Virus record (IMG/VR): IMGVR_UViG_3300025141_014429
Coordinates: 59,029-123,028 of that record
Length of the DNA: 64,000 bases
From: a virus
Strand: one strand, 5' to 3'
Shown here piece after piece: positions 1-9,887 of this stretch. The number at the start of each line of letters is the position of its first letter. The first letter of the stretch is position 1. Below the pieces are notes generated by a model. The model searched no databases. It was not told the DNA's origin and saw only the letters and a program-made list of their open reading frames with translations. The position numbers and the translations under genes are program-made.

Positions 1-2
1 CT

Positions 3-383
3 TTATGTAGTCACGTCTTAGAACATCAGCTTAATACTCATGAGTTTTTAGAAAATGTTGTAAGCGTAACAAAAGAGAATGGATACATTGTAATAATAGT
101 GCCTCCAAGAAAACCGTTTATTATAGGAGGACATGTCAGTATATGGAATGCAGGCCTTGTTTTATATCATCTTGTTCTTGCTGGAGTTGACTGCTCTGTC
201 GAGTGCAATATAAAACAATATGACTATAATATTGGAATAATTGTTAAAAATGTTCCCATTAAAGAGGACATAAAGAGTAGTATAACTTTTGACGGCGGTG
301 ATATTGATAACTTTTTATCAAAATATTTCCCCGTCAATGCTCATGATGGATTTAACGGAGACATAATGGAGTTTAACTGGTGA
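3..383 (+). CDS. Class I SAM-dependent methyltransferase, 5'-partial
   Basis: The frame of track ORF 99..383 is open back to position 3 and reads LCSHVLEHQLN...KENGYIVIIVP. SHVLEH followed by a G-x-hydrophobic strand is typical of Methyltransf_11-type proteins. True start is upstream of the window. Confidence 0.7.
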   Translation, partial: LCSHVLEHQLNTHEFLENVVSVTKENGYIVIIVPPRKPFIIGGHVSIWNAGLVLYHLVLAGVDCSVECNIKQYDYNIGIIVKNVPIKEDIKSSITFDGGDIDNFLSKYFPVNAHDGFNGDIMEFNW

Positions 384-1069
384 AAATATTTACATATATT
401 AAAAATAATTCATCTCGAATATCGAGAAAGAACTTTAAGATACTAGGGGGTATACCCTTGTGGAAGCATTTAATATACAATGTTAATTCATTTTCTGAAG
501 TTTTTATAGACACTGATAGTCAGGAAGTTATAGATGAGTGCAATAGAGACGAAATGCTGATGGGTGTTACTGCTTACTCTAGGTCTCAAAAGTTTATAGA
601 CATGGAGAACGATCTAAAAAATAAATTAAGCCCTGCGCTTCTAATGACTAAAAATTTTTTATCTAAATTTGTAGATGATGAAAATGAAGTAATTGTTTTA
701 ACACATGTAACTTCTCCATTTTTAAAAATTGAAACAATTTTAGATGCAATTACTTTCCTGGGTAAAGGATACGATGCAGTTCATTCAGTCACTTCAAAAC
801 AAGATTTTGCATGGTTGAATTCTTTTGATTACCCGATCAATTTCAACCCTAGCGTTGTACAAAGAACACAAGATTTAGAAAAGATTTATTTCTCAAATGG
901 TGCTTTTTTTATATTCACAAAAAAAACTTTTCTAGAAAACAATAATAGATTTGGTAAAAAAAATTACTTGTATGAAATCAATGATGTTGAAGGGATAGAA
1001 ATTGATACTTTGAATGACTTAGATTTTGCGAAAATAGTTTATAAAGGAGTTAAAAATGGAAATAATTGA
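380..1069 (+). CDS. Acylneuraminate/ulosonate cytidylyltransferase (NeuA/KdsB-like)
   Basis: N-terminal SSRISRKNFKILGGIPL, DTDS, HVTSPFL, RTQDL, ENGA-like SNGAFFI and IEIDT motifs of the CTP_transf_3 family. Confidence 0.85.
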   Translation: MKIFTYIKNNSSRISRKNFKILGGIPLWKHLIYNVNSFSEVFIDTDSQEVIDECNRDEMLMGVTAYSRSQKFIDMENDLKNKLSPALLMTKNFLSKFVDDENEVIVLTHVTSPFLKIETILDAITFLGKGYDAVHSVTSKQDFAWLNSFDYPINFNPSVVQRTQDLEKIYFSNGAFFIFTKKTFLENNNRFGKKNYLYEINDVEGIEIDTLNDLDFAKIVYKGVKNGNN

Positions 1070-1991
1070 TGTTACACTTAGGGACGGTGGTCACGCTGTT
1101 AATTTTGATTGGCCTGTTCATGTTGCTAGAGAATATTATAAATTAATTTCTAATATTGACAGTGTAACTTATGTTGAAATGGGTTACTGGAAGCAGACTT
1201 CAAAGACTAGTAATAGATTCTACAATCTAGATATAGCGAAATTAGTAGAAGTCATTGGTGATAAACCAAAAAAGAAAGTTGCTGTAATGATAGACTATCA
1301 CTATTGCAAAAAAGACTTAAACGAATATCCAGACTGTAAACAAAATGTTGTTGGAATGATTAGAGTCTGTAGTAGAAAAAATGATATCGATAAAGCACTC
1401 CCATTTATCCAGAAATTAAAAAATAAGACAGGCTTGAAAGTAAGTCTTAATGTTTTCAACATTTCAAATTACAGTAAAAAAGAAATAGATGATGTTGCAG
1501 AAAAAGTAAAAAATTATAATTTAGATTATGTTTACTTTGCTGATACGCACGGCTCACTTGATTTTGAAGTAGATAGTCAAAGATTTAAAGATGCAGTTAG
1601 TGTCTTAAGAGAAAGTAATATAAAGGTTGGTATGCACTTACATGACCATAGAGGTAAAGCTTATAGTAACTTTAAGCACCTTAAAAGTATTGGTTTTACT
1701 GGTTTCGATGCATCTACGAGAGGCATGGGAAAAGGTGTTGGTAATTTAAGATTAGAAAATGTTATTGAAGACAAAGAATTAATTGATCTAATGAGCTTTG
1801 TTGCTAGAAATGAAAAAAAATTCACTATGAGAGCAAGTCCATACGGAGTAATTACAGCCAAATATGGAATTACTGATTATTACGCGTATTATGCAGAAAA
1901 AAATAAAATTACTATCGAATTATTTGATAGAATATGTAAAAACATAGAAGACATAGATAAAGATGTCTTCAATATAGAAAAGATAAAATAA
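1056..1991 (+). CDS. DRE-TIM metallolyase (HMGL-like), 4-hydroxy-2-oxovalerate aldolase-like
   Basis: DVTLRDGG active-site helix, YFADTHGS, GMHLHDH metal-binding HxH, DASTRGMGKGVGNLRLE. Confidence 0.8.
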   Translation: MEIIDVTLRDGGHAVNFDWPVHVAREYYKLISNIDSVTYVEMGYWKQTSKTSNRFYNLDIAKLVEVIGDKPKKKVAVMIDYHYCKKDLNEYPDCKQNVVGMIRVCSRKNDIDKALPFIQKLKNKTGLKVSLNVFNISNYSKKEIDDVAEKVKNYNLDYVYFADTHGSLDFEVDSQRFKDAVSVLRESNIKVGMHLHDHRGKAYSNFKHLKSIGFTGFDASTRGMGKGVGNLRLENVIEDKELIDLMSFVARNEKKFTMRASPYGVITAKYGITDYYAYYAEKNKITIELFDRICKNIEDIDKDVFNIEKIK

Positions 1992-1992
1992 A

Positions 1993-2682
1993 ATGAAAGT
2001 AATAATAACAGGCACAAGTTCAGGTTTAGGAAAGGCTCTCGCAAATCAATTTGTAGAATTAGGTCATGAAACGATAGGTATCAGTAGATCTAATTCTAAA
2101 GAAACAAAATATGTTTGTGACTTAAGTGAAGATAGAAATATTAAAAACACTCTTAGTAAAATAACTACTGAGTATGCTAACAAGTCTATAGAGTATTTAT
2201 TTTTAAATGCAGGTGTTTTAGGAGATATTAAAAAAGCTTCAAAAGTAGAAAACAAGGAGCTCCAAGAAGCTTTGCAAGTTAATTTATTTGCAAACAAACT
2301 AATAATTGATACTTTTTTAAATTCTAAAGTTAAAGTTAAAAACATTATAATGATATCGTCAGGAGCTTCTATTAAAGCATACGATGGTTGGCTTTCTTAT
2401 TGTTTGTCAAAAGCAGCATTAAATCAACTTGCCAGATGCTACGCTATAGAAAATACAGATATAAATTTTCTAAGTTTAGCTCCAGGAATAATTCAAACAA
2501 AAATGCAAGATAAAATTATTGAATATTCTACAGAAAAATTTTCTTCAATTAAGAAATTTAAAGATTTGTACGGAAAAAATCCATCACCAGAAGAAATTGC
2601 AAATAAAGTAATTAGAAGCTTAGGAACGCTTAATAAACAAAAAAGTGGAAGCTTTTTTGACTTAAGGAGTATAGATGATTAG
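1993..2682 (+). CDS. Short-chain dehydrogenase/reductase (benzil/sepiapterin reductase-like)
   Basis: TGTSSGLG Rossmann motif, LNAGVLG, ISSGAS, YCLSK (YxxxK), APGIIQTKMQ. Confidence 0.85.
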   Translation: MKVIITGTSSGLGKALANQFVELGHETIGISRSNSKETKYVCDLSEDRNIKNTLSKITTEYANKSIEYLFLNAGVLGDIKKASKVENKELQEALQVNLFANKLIIDTFLNSKVKVKNIIMISSGASIKAYDGWLSYCLSKAALNQLARCYAIENTDINFLSLAPGIIQTKMQDKIIEYSTEKFSSIKKFKDLYGKNPSPEEIANKVIRSLGTLNKQKSGSFFDLRSIDD

Positions 2683-3100
2683 TAAGATATACAATGAAAA
2701 TGACAACAGACCTTCACTACTTAAGGATGAATTTAAGCAAATAGGTGTTGATTTCGACGGTGTTATTCATGCATGTTCAAAAGGTTATCATGATGGAACA
2801 ATTTATGACGATCCTATACCCGGCTCATTGGAAGCTGTAAAAAGATTAGCCAGTAAATATAAAGTAATAGTATATACTGCCAAAGCTCGTCATGACAGGC
2901 CATTAGTTAACGGAAAAACTGGTGTTGAATTGGTTTGGGAGTGGCTCAAAGAAAAAGGGTTTAGTAAGTATATTTCCGAAGTGACAGCTGAGAAGCCAAG
3001 AGTAGTTTTTTATATTGACGACAGGGCGATTAGGTTTACAGATTGGAAACAAACAATAAGAGAATTAAATTCATTTGGGATAGATATAGATGGAACATAG
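2675..3100 (+). CDS. Small capless HAD-family phosphatase
   Basis: IGVDFDGVIH (DxD motif I), YTAK (motif II), KP...YIDDRA (motifs III/IV). Confidence 0.75.
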   Translation: MISKIYNENDNRPSLLKDEFKQIGVDFDGVIHACSKGYHDGTIYDDPIPGSLEAVKRLASKYKVIVYTAKARHDRPLVNGKTGVELVWEWLKEKGFSKYISEVTAEKPRVVFYIDDRAIRFTDWKQTIRELNSFGIDIDGT

Positions 3101-3155
3101 AGTCTTCCGATATGCATGTAAGTTTACTGATAAATAGAACTAGAAGGAAAAATTT

Positions 3156-4076
3156 ATGAATATTCTGATAACAGGAGGTACCGGTTTAGTGGGCTCATCC
3201 TTTAAAAATATTATAACAGATAATAAACTTGCTTACATAGGGTCAGAATACGACTTAACAAAAAAAAGAGAGTCTGATCGTATGTTATACGATTTTTCTC
3301 CTGATGCTGTAATACATCTCGCTGCTAAAGTTGGAGGTGTAAAAGGTAATATGACAATGATGTATGATTTTTACACAGACAACATTAAAATCAATACAAA
3401 CGTTATTGATTCTTGTAAAGAGTTTGGAATAAAAAAAGTTGTGTCTCTTTTATCCACATGTGTTTATCCGGATAATGTTAAATATCCGTTAACTGAAGAT
3501 CAAATTCATAATGGTGAACCTCATGTTAGTAATTATGGATATGCATATGCAAAAAGAATGTTAGACGTACACAGCAGAGCAGTAAGAAGCCAACATAACT
3601 TAAATTATATAACAGCAATACCTAACAACATATACGGCCCCAATGATAATTTTGATTTAGAAAACGGACATGTAATACCTGCGATAATTAGAAAAATATA
3701 TGAAGCAAAAAAGACAAATAAGATTCCGGTGTTCTGGGGTTCCGGTATGCCGCTTAGAGAGTTTACATGTTCAAAAGATATAGCAAGGGCTATTCTACGC
3801 TTACTAGAGAATTATAATGGAATCAATCCAGTTAATATTGGTAAAACAGGAGATGTTAGCATCAAAGAGGTCGTCGAAATAATATCTGAGTGTTTAAGCT
3901 ATAGCGGTGAAATTCAATGGGATAAGACAAAACCAGAAGGTCAGTACAAGAAACCAAGCAGTAATAAAAAATTTTTGAACATGTTTGAAGATTTTGAGTA
4001 TACTTCTTTTAAACAAGGGATTAAAGAAACTTGTGAGTGGTTTGTAGAAAAATATCCAAAAGTAAGAGGAGTTTAA
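3156..4076 (+). CDS. fcl: GDP-L-fucose synthase
   Basis: [48 protein letters not shown]; adjacent to gmd. Confidence 0.92.
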   Translation: MNILITGGTGLVGSSFKNIITDNKLAYIGSEYDLTKKRESDRMLYDFSPDAVIHLAAKVGGVKGNMTMMYDFYTDNIKINTNVIDSCKEFGIKKVVSLLSTCVYPDNVKYPLTEDQIHNGEPHVSNYGYAYAKRMLDVHSRAVRSQHNLNYITAIPNNIYGPNDNFDLENGHVIPAIIRKIYEAKKTNKIPVFWGSGMPLREFTCSKDIARAILRLLENYNGINPVNIGKTGDVSIKEVVEIISECLSYSGEIQWDKTKPEGQYKKPSSNKKFLNMFEDFEYTSFKQGIKETCEWFVEKYPKVRGV

Positions 4077-4077
4077 A

Positions 4078-5076
4078 TTGAAAACAGCACTAATCACAGG
4101 AGTAACTGGTCAAGATGGTTCGTATCTTGCTGAATTACTTTTGAGTAAAGGTTATCAAGTAATTGGAATTAAAAGAAGAAATTCTTTGATATCAACTGAT
4201 AGAATTGATCATATAATGAATGATGAAAAATTGGTTTTAAATTTTACACTTGTTTATGGTAATATGAATGATTCTGGTAATTTGCACAGAACTCTACTAA
4301 AGTACAAACCTGATGAAGTATACAATCTGGCAGCACAATCTCATGTTAGAGTTTCTTTTGATACTCCTGAAGAAACAACAGAGTTTGTGGCAATGGGAAC
4401 ATTAAGACTCTTGGAAGCAATGAGAAATGTCTGCCCAGAAGCAAGATACTACCAGGCATCTTCATCAGAAATGTTTGGAGACAATCCGGATCATCCTCAG
4501 AATGAAGACACTAGATTAATGCCGGCTAGCCCTTATGCTTGTGCAAAAACATATGCACATAATATATGTAGGAATTATAGGCAGTCTTATGGTATGCATA
4601 TTTCTTCTGGGATACTATTTAACCATGAAAGCCCACGAAGAGGTGAGACTTTTGTCACAAGAAAGATTACAATTGCTGCAGCAAAAATAAAATTAGGCTT
4701 ACAGAAGAAATTATATTTAGGAAATTTAGACGCAAAGAGGGATTGGGGGCATGCCAAAGATTATGTTGAAGCTATGTGGTTAATGTTGCAGCAAGATATA
4801 CCCGATGATTATGTCATAGCGACTGGTGAAACTTGTGCTGTATCTGACTTTTTAAGAATTGTGTTTGACATTGCTGGGTTAGATGAACGTAAATATGTGG
4901 AAATAGATGAAAGGCTTTATAGGCCTCATGAGGTACCACTTCTACTCGGAGACGCTACAAAAGCTAGAAAAAAATTAAATTGGAAACCTAAGTACGACGT
5001 ATATAAACTTGCAAAAGAAATGTATGAGGAAGATTTAAAGAAGTTACAAAATAAGATTAGTGGAATAGTTGAATGA
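4078..5076 (+). CDS. gmd: GDP-mannose 4,6-dehydratase
   Basis: [69 protein letters not shown]; TTG start. Confidence 0.97.
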   Translation: MKTALITGVTGQDGSYLAELLLSKGYQVIGIKRRNSLISTDRIDHIMNDEKLVLNFTLVYGNMNDSGNLHRTLLKYKPDEVYNLAAQSHVRVSFDTPEETTEFVAMGTLRLLEAMRNVCPEARYYQASSSEMFGDNPDHPQNEDTRLMPASPYACAKTYAHNICRNYRQSYGMHISSGILFNHESPRRGETFVTRKITIAAAKIKLGLQKKLYLGNLDAKRDWGHAKDYVEAMWLMLQQDIPDDYVIATGETCAVSDFLRIVFDIAGLDERKYVEIDERLYRPHEVPLLLGDATKARKKLNWKPKYDVYKLAKEMYEEDLKKLQNKISGIVE

Positions 5077-5921
5077 AGAAAAATATTAACATAGGAATTA
5101 TTGGTCAAGGATTTGTAGGTTCTGCAATCAAAGCAGGGCTTAAAAACTTTTATAAAATTAGAACTTATGATATTGACAGGACTAAGTGTGATAGTACACA
5201 TAAGCAAGTTTGCTTAGAATCAGATATTATTTTTATGTGCTTACCTACCCCAATGCGTAAAGATGGGTCATGTGATACAAGAATATTAGAATTAGCAGTT
5301 CGTGAAGTCGATTTAGCAGTTTATCAACATGTTCATAGACCAACTATTGTCATAAAATCAACAGTTCCTCCAAGTACTACCGAAAGATTAAACGCTATGA
5401 CATCTTACTGCGATGTTTGTTTTAGCCCAGAGTTTTTAACAGAAGCAAATTCATTTGAAGATTTTAAAAATCAAAGTAGAATTATCATTGGAGGCACAGG
5501 CGCAAAAAAAGTAAAACAGATGTTTAGAAAACCTTTTCCTGATATTCCTATCGTAGTAACTAAATCAGAAACAGCAGAAATGGTTAAATATTTTACTAAT
5601 TGCTTTTTAGCTACAAAAGTAACGTTTGCAAATCAAATGTATGAAATTTGTGAAAACACAGGTATAGATTATGATAAAGTTTGTGAATATGCGCTATATG
5701 ACGATAGGATTGGAAAGAGTCATTTAGCAGTTCCTGGTCCCGATGGAGATCGTGGTTTTGGAGGTCATTGCTTTCCAAAAGATTTGGCTGCAATGATTAA
5801 CTTTTCTGATGGAAAAGAAGTTGATAATCATTTTTTGGCATCCGTTGAAATTTATAACAACGAGATTAGAACAAACAAAGATTGGTTAAGAATGAAAGGA
5901 AGAGCAGTAAGTGACGATTAG
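5073..5921 (+). CDS. UDP-glucose/GDP-mannose dehydrogenase family, lacking C-terminal domain
   Basis: [39 protein letters not shown] catalytic Cys/Lys; only 282 aa. Confidence 0.85.
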   Translation: MKKNINIGIIGQGFVGSAIKAGLKNFYKIRTYDIDRTKCDSTHKQVCLESDIIFMCLPTPMRKDGSCDTRILELAVREVDLAVYQHVHRPTIVIKSTVPPSTTERLNAMTSYCDVCFSPEFLTEANSFEDFKNQSRIIIGGTGAKKVKQMFRKPFPDIPIVVTKSETAEMVKYFTNCFLATKVTFANQMYEICENTGIDYDKVCEYALYDDRIGKSHLAVPGPDGDRGFGGHCFPKDLAAMINFSDGKEVDNHFLASVEIYNNEIRTNKDWLRMKGRAVSDD

Positions 5922-6813
5922 CTTAGTAACAGGCGGTTGTGGATTCATAGGCAGTCATATTGTCGATAGACTTCACAGTATAGGACATCATGTAATTGTA
6001 ATTGATAATTTATCTTCACCTGAAAATGAAGACTTTTATTATCACAAGGACGTAGTAAATGTTAAGTACCATATTAAAGATATTAGTAAAGATAATTGCA
6101 GCGAGTATTTTAATGGTGTCGACTATGTTTTTCACCTTGCTGCCCGTAGTCGTATTCAACCTACTATTAATTCTCCTAACGAATGTTTTGAAGTAAATGT
6201 TGTAGGTACACAGAGGGTTCTAGAATGGTCACGGTTAAACGGAATTAAAAGAGTCATATATTCAGGTACTTCTTCACTTTACGGCAAACAGAATATAATA
6301 CCGTTCAATCCTAATATGCCGGCAGATTGTCTTAATCCATATTCTATGTCAAAATGGATGGGTGAAAGGATATGCGATCTTTATAGTCAAGTTTATGGAC
6401 TACCAAGTATTGTTCTAAGGTATTTTAATGTGTACGGCCCGAGAGAACCGCTTAAGGGCGAATATGCACCTGTAATTGGTTTACTTAAAAGGCAAGTCAA
6501 AAACAACAAACCTATGACAATTGTCTCTCCCGGAACACAAAAAAGAGACTTTACTTACATAGATGATGTTGTTAATGCAAACATTTGTGCTATGAATAAA
6601 TTGGTGCAAGAAGTACTTCATAAAGTATACAATGTTGGAACAGGAAAAAATTATTCAATACTAGAAATAGCATCCATGGTTGGAGATGAAAAAGTTTTGA
6701 TTCCAGCTAGGCCTGCTGAGGTTGTCGAGACACTAGCAGACATTAGTGAGACAACTAAAGATCTAGGTTGGACACCGAAACATAATCTTGAGGATATAAT
6801 TGATGACTACTAA
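5911..6813 (+). CDS. NAD-dependent nucleotide-sugar epimerase/dehydratase
   Basis: TGGCGFIGSH, HLAA, YSMSK (YxxxK), LRYFNVYGP, RDFTYIDDVV, YNVGTG. Confidence 0.92.
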   Translation: MTISLVTGGCGFIGSHIVDRLHSIGHHVIVIDNLSSPENEDFYYHKDVVNVKYHIKDISKDNCSEYFNGVDYVFHLAARSRIQPTINSPNECFEVNVVGTQRVLEWSRLNGIKRVIYSGTSSLYGKQNIIPFNPNMPADCLNPYSMSKWMGERICDLYSQVYGLPSIVLRYFNVYGPREPLKGEYAPVIGLLKRQVKNNKPMTIVSPGTQKRDFTYIDDVVNANICAMNKLVQEVLHKVYNVGTGKNYSILEIASMVGDEKVLIPARPAEVVETLADISETTKDLGWTPKHNLEDIIDDY

Positions 6814-7228
6814 AAAGAAGCGAAATTGGAGTAAAAATAGAAGTATTTTAAAATCTATTTCTAATCCAACAAAAGATGCATATGAAATTAAAATGAAGAT
6901 ACCTGAATTGACTTTTGAAGGTGTTAAGAATCAACCTGACTTTGGCCATCTTTACATAACTTTTTATCCGTCTGATAAGGTGATAGAATTAAAATCACTA
7001 AAAGAGTACTTTTTTGCATTTAGAAGTCAAATTTATTCATATGAGAGAATAATTAATGTAATTTATGATGATATGACGGCTATTTACAATCCTACCAGGC
7101 TAAGACTAGTATTGATTTGCAACCCAAGAGGCGGAATATCTTCTAAGCTAACAGTCGACTCAGACTGGGGTGTCAGGGGCGGTAAAGATCAATTCAGGGA
7201 TTGGGTTGGACAAAAGGATGAATGGTAG
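6803..7228 (+). CDS. QueF-like T-fold protein with the catalytic Cys absent
   Basis: PELT..QPDF, IELKSLKEY (QueF signature E(S/L)KShKhY), YE in place of HE, NPRGGI. ATG at 6803 follows GAGGA; track start is TTG 6800. Confidence 0.8.
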   Translation: MTTKKKRNWSKNRSILKSISNPTKDAYEIKMKIPELTFEGVKNQPDFGHLYITFYPSDKVIELKSLKEYFFAFRSQIYSYERIINVIYDDMTAIYNPTRLRLVLICNPRGGISSKLTVDSDWGVRGGKDQFRDWVGQKDEW

Positions 7229-7488
7229 TGGCTGATTCAAGAGATAAGTTTAATGACAATGTAAGTGGGTCCGTCAAGATTGGTAGTAAAGAATACTCTT
7301 TTTACGTTGACAGGGAATGTATTTTTTGTCATGTCTGTTCACAAGCTGCACCTAGCAATTTCAAAGCAAGCGACGAAGGAGATCATGATTTTGTGTATAA
7401 GCAGCCTGAAAATGAAGAAGAATTAGAAGAGTGTTATGATGCTATGGAACAATGCCCAGTTTATGCAATAGGAGACGATGATGTCTAA
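7222..7488 (+). CDS. Ferredoxin (single 4Fe-4S/3Fe-4S cluster)
   Basis: CIFCHVC...CPVYAI (CxxCxxC...CP), acidic, 88 aa. Confidence 0.85.
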   Translation: MVVADSRDKFNDNVSGSVKIGSKEYSFYVDRECIFCHVCSQAAPSNFKASDEGDHDFVYKQPENEEELEECYDAMEQCPVYAIGDDDV

Positions 7489-7684
7489 ATTACATAAATG
7501 GAATGTATTATGTGTAAAAAAATTTACTTATCCAATGCCTAGGCATACAGAGTTTCAAGTAGATTCTAAAACTCATTTAGGCGCAGCAATGAAAGCATCA
7601 AATAAATTAAAATCTATAGATGATCAGGAATGGATCATTAAGTCTGTTTACTGGTTAGATCCAAAAAGTTACGAAGTAAAGTAA
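7478..7684 (+). CDS. Hypothetical protein
   Basis: 68-aa ORF overlapping the ferredoxin stop, preceded by GGAG; no recognised motif. Confidence 0.6.
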   Translation: MMSKLHKWNVLCVKKFTYPMPRHTEFQVDSKTHLGAAMKASNKLKSIDDQEWIIKSVYWLDPKSYEVK

Positions 7685-7698
7685 AATGCTTAGTCCTA

Positions 7699-7727
7699 AT
7701 GTAAAAACTTTGTTTTCTTATTATAAT
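7699..7727 (+). promoter_or_regulatory. Putative sigma70-like promoter
   Basis: ATGTAA-17 nt-TATAAT in the intergenic gap upstream of 7748; same spacing as five other sites in the window. Confidence 0.55.
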
Positions 7728-7747
7728 CTTAACAGAGGTATAATAGA

Positions 7748-8590
7748 ATGAGCAAAAATAATTTATTTCCAACAGGGAAGCCACATATTTCTTTTTCTGA
7801 AATCAAACAGTGGAAAGAGTGCAGTTATCGTCATAAGCTAGTCTACATTGATAAAATAGACACTTTCCAAGACTCACCCTACTTGCACTTTGGAACTGCA
7901 GTTCACGAAGGCTGTGAGACCCTGCTAGAGACAAAGCAAGTTGACCGTGATAAGATAATAAAGGTAATGAAAGAAAGCTGGGAGACAGCTGGATTTGAGA
8001 ACCCAGAGTGGTATTCTAAGCAGCCTGGATGGTACAAGCATGAGCCTGTTGAAACTTGGGAATCTTGGGCTAACAATATGTGGGATGAAGTCTTAGGATA
8101 CTTAGATAAGGAACTTCCAGGTTGGGAATGTTTTGAAGCAGAGGAACAATTATATGAACCGATTGAAGATATAGATGCCCCATTGTCTTTCAAAGGGTTT
8201 ATTGATGGAGTTTTGAAAGTACCAAAAAAGAGAGGAAAGGGTCATGAATATTGGATTATTGACTGGAAAACTTCAGGATCCTGGGGTTGGAGAAGGGATA
8301 AAAAGCAAGACTTAGGAATGACAGCACAGTTAATTTTATACAAGCACTTTTGGGCTAAAAAACATAATATTGATCTAAAAGATGTTCGCTGTGGCTTTGT
8401 TTTGCTTAAAAGGGGTGGAAAAAAGGGAAAAGTGTGTGAATTAGTAAAAGTTTCAGTTGGGCCGAAAACATACGAGAAGGGCATGAAGTTAATGAGGAGT
8501 ATGATAAAAACAGTCAGACGGGGCATGTTTCTCAAAAATAGAAATAGCTGTAAATTTTGCCCGTATGAAAATACAGAACATTGCAGTTAA
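7748..8590 (+). CDS. PD-(D/E)XK nuclease, Cas4/AddB-like exonuclease
   Basis: HISFSEIKQWKEC, GTAVH, GFIDGV, IIDWKTS, QLILY, C-terminal CKFCPYENTEHC (possible Fe-S staple). Confidence 0.85.
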   Translation: MSKNNLFPTGKPHISFSEIKQWKECSYRHKLVYIDKIDTFQDSPYLHFGTAVHEGCETLLETKQVDRDKIIKVMKESWETAGFENPEWYSKQPGWYKHEPVETWESWANNMWDEVLGYLDKELPGWECFEAEEQLYEPIEDIDAPLSFKGFIDGVLKVPKKRGKGHEYWIIDWKTSGSWGWRRDKKQDLGMTAQLILYKHFWAKKHNIDLKDVRCGFVLLKRGGKKGKVCELVKVSVGPKTYEKGMKLMRSMIKTVRRGMFLKNRNSCKFCPYENTEHCS

Positions 8591-8617
8591 CATACGGAAC
8601 CAGAGCAGTAAAATCAT

Positions 8618-8625
8618 ATAAATAT
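8618..8625 (+). promoter_or_regulatory. Putative late promoter ATAnWTAT (overlaps a T4-type TATAAATA at 8617-8624)
   Basis: ATAAATAT just upstream of the GAGGA SD and the 8637 start. Confidence 0.4.
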
Positions 8626-8636
8626 GAGGAAACTGC

Positions 8637-9887
8637 ATGCAAGAAAAGAAACTTAAAATCTTGGCATTGTGTGATCATGCGCTATCTACAAGTGGCGTAG
8701 GCACGCAATCTAGACATTTATTTAACGGGCTTATTGAAAGGGGGACATGGTCAATTAGACAGTTTGGGGCTGCTATGAAGCATGAAAATTACGATACGAT
8801 TGTTGTAAATGAAGACTTTGTAATCAAGCCAATAGACGGATTTGGAAACCCAGAACTTCTAAGGGTTACGTTAGCTGCTGAAAGACCGGATATCTTATTT
8901 ATTTTTACTGATCCAAGGTTCTTTACTTGGCTCTTTGAAATGGAAGATGAAATACATCAAATCTGTCCAATTGTTTGGTGGCATGTATGGGATAATTATC
9001 CATACCCACAATTTAATGATTGGATGTATAAAGCCACAGATGCTATTAATTGCCATTCACATATGACTTATGAGATGGTTAAAAAAGTACACCCAGATAA
9101 AACAAGCTTTATACCACATACACTTCCTAAAAATGTATTTACTAGACTTAATGATTACGAGAAAGTTCAAATTAAATCACAACTGCTAGGTTTAGATAAG
9201 CTTGATTATTTTGTAGGTATTTGGGTAAATAGAAATGCTAAGCGGAAGAGACCGAATGATTTGTTGAGTTCTTGGAAAATATTTTTAGATAATCTTGAAA
9301 AAGAACACGGGCATAAAAAAGCAATGCTTATAATGCATACTGACCCGAGAGACAATGAAGGTCCTAATCTTTTGGCAACGACTGAACAACTAGGAATTCA
9401 ACAAAATGTTGTTTTTTCGCAAGAAAGAATTGATTTTTCACAAATGAATAGCTTGTATAATATTGCAGACTTTTGTGTTAACATATCTTATGCTGAAGGG
9501 TTTGGGTTGGGTACACTTGAAGCTATGATGACAGGTACGCCTATCATTGCAACAAAAACTGGAGGCATGACAAGACAAGTAATCGATCATAGAGACGGAA
9601 CTGAAAATGGTGTGGGTTTAGATGTTGAACTCAAAACAATGGTAGGTAGTCAAGGTGTACCTTACATTTATGAAGACTACGTTTCTTGTGACACAGTTGC
9701 TGAAGGTATTATGAAAATTTTTAACATGGATAAAGAAGCAAAACAAAAGCTTTCAGAAAAAGTTTTAGAATATGCACATACCCAATTTAATTATACAACA
9801 ATGATTGATGCTTGGCATGACTCACTAGTTAATGTGCATAAAAACTGGAAAAGCAATTATAAAAGATGGGAGAAGATTACAATATGA
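8637..9887 (+). CDS. Glycosyltransferase, GT-B fold (GT4-like)
   Basis: STSGVG, NRNAKRKR, YNIADFCV...AEGFGLGTLEAMMTGTPIIAT (E-x7-E motif). Confidence 0.9.
   Translation: MQEKKLKILALCDHALSTSGVGTQSRHLFNGLIERGTWSIRQFGAAMKHENYDTIVVNEDFVIKPIDGFGNPELLRVTLAAERPDILFIFTDPRFFTWLFEMEDEIHQICPIVWWHVWDNYPYPQFNDWMYKATDAINCHSHMTYEMVKKVHPDKTSFIPHTLPKNVFTRLNDYEKVQIKSQLLGLDKLDYFVGIWVNRNAKRKRPNDLLSSWKIFLDNLEKEHGHKKAMLIMHTDPRDNEGPNLLATTEQLGIQQNVVFSQERIDFSQMNSLYNIADFCVNISYAEGFGLGTLEAMMTGTPIIATKTGGMTRQVIDHRDGTENGVGLDVELKTMVGSQGVPYIYEDYVSCDTVAEGIMKIFNMDKEAKQKLSEKVLEYAHTQFNYTTMIDAWHDSLVNVHKNWKSNYKRWEKITI

Noticed and set aside
7748-8590. Cas4-like nuclease as a sign of a CRISPR-Cas system
   Set aside because: No repeat-spacer array or other cas gene is visible; solo Cas4-like nucleases are common in phages.
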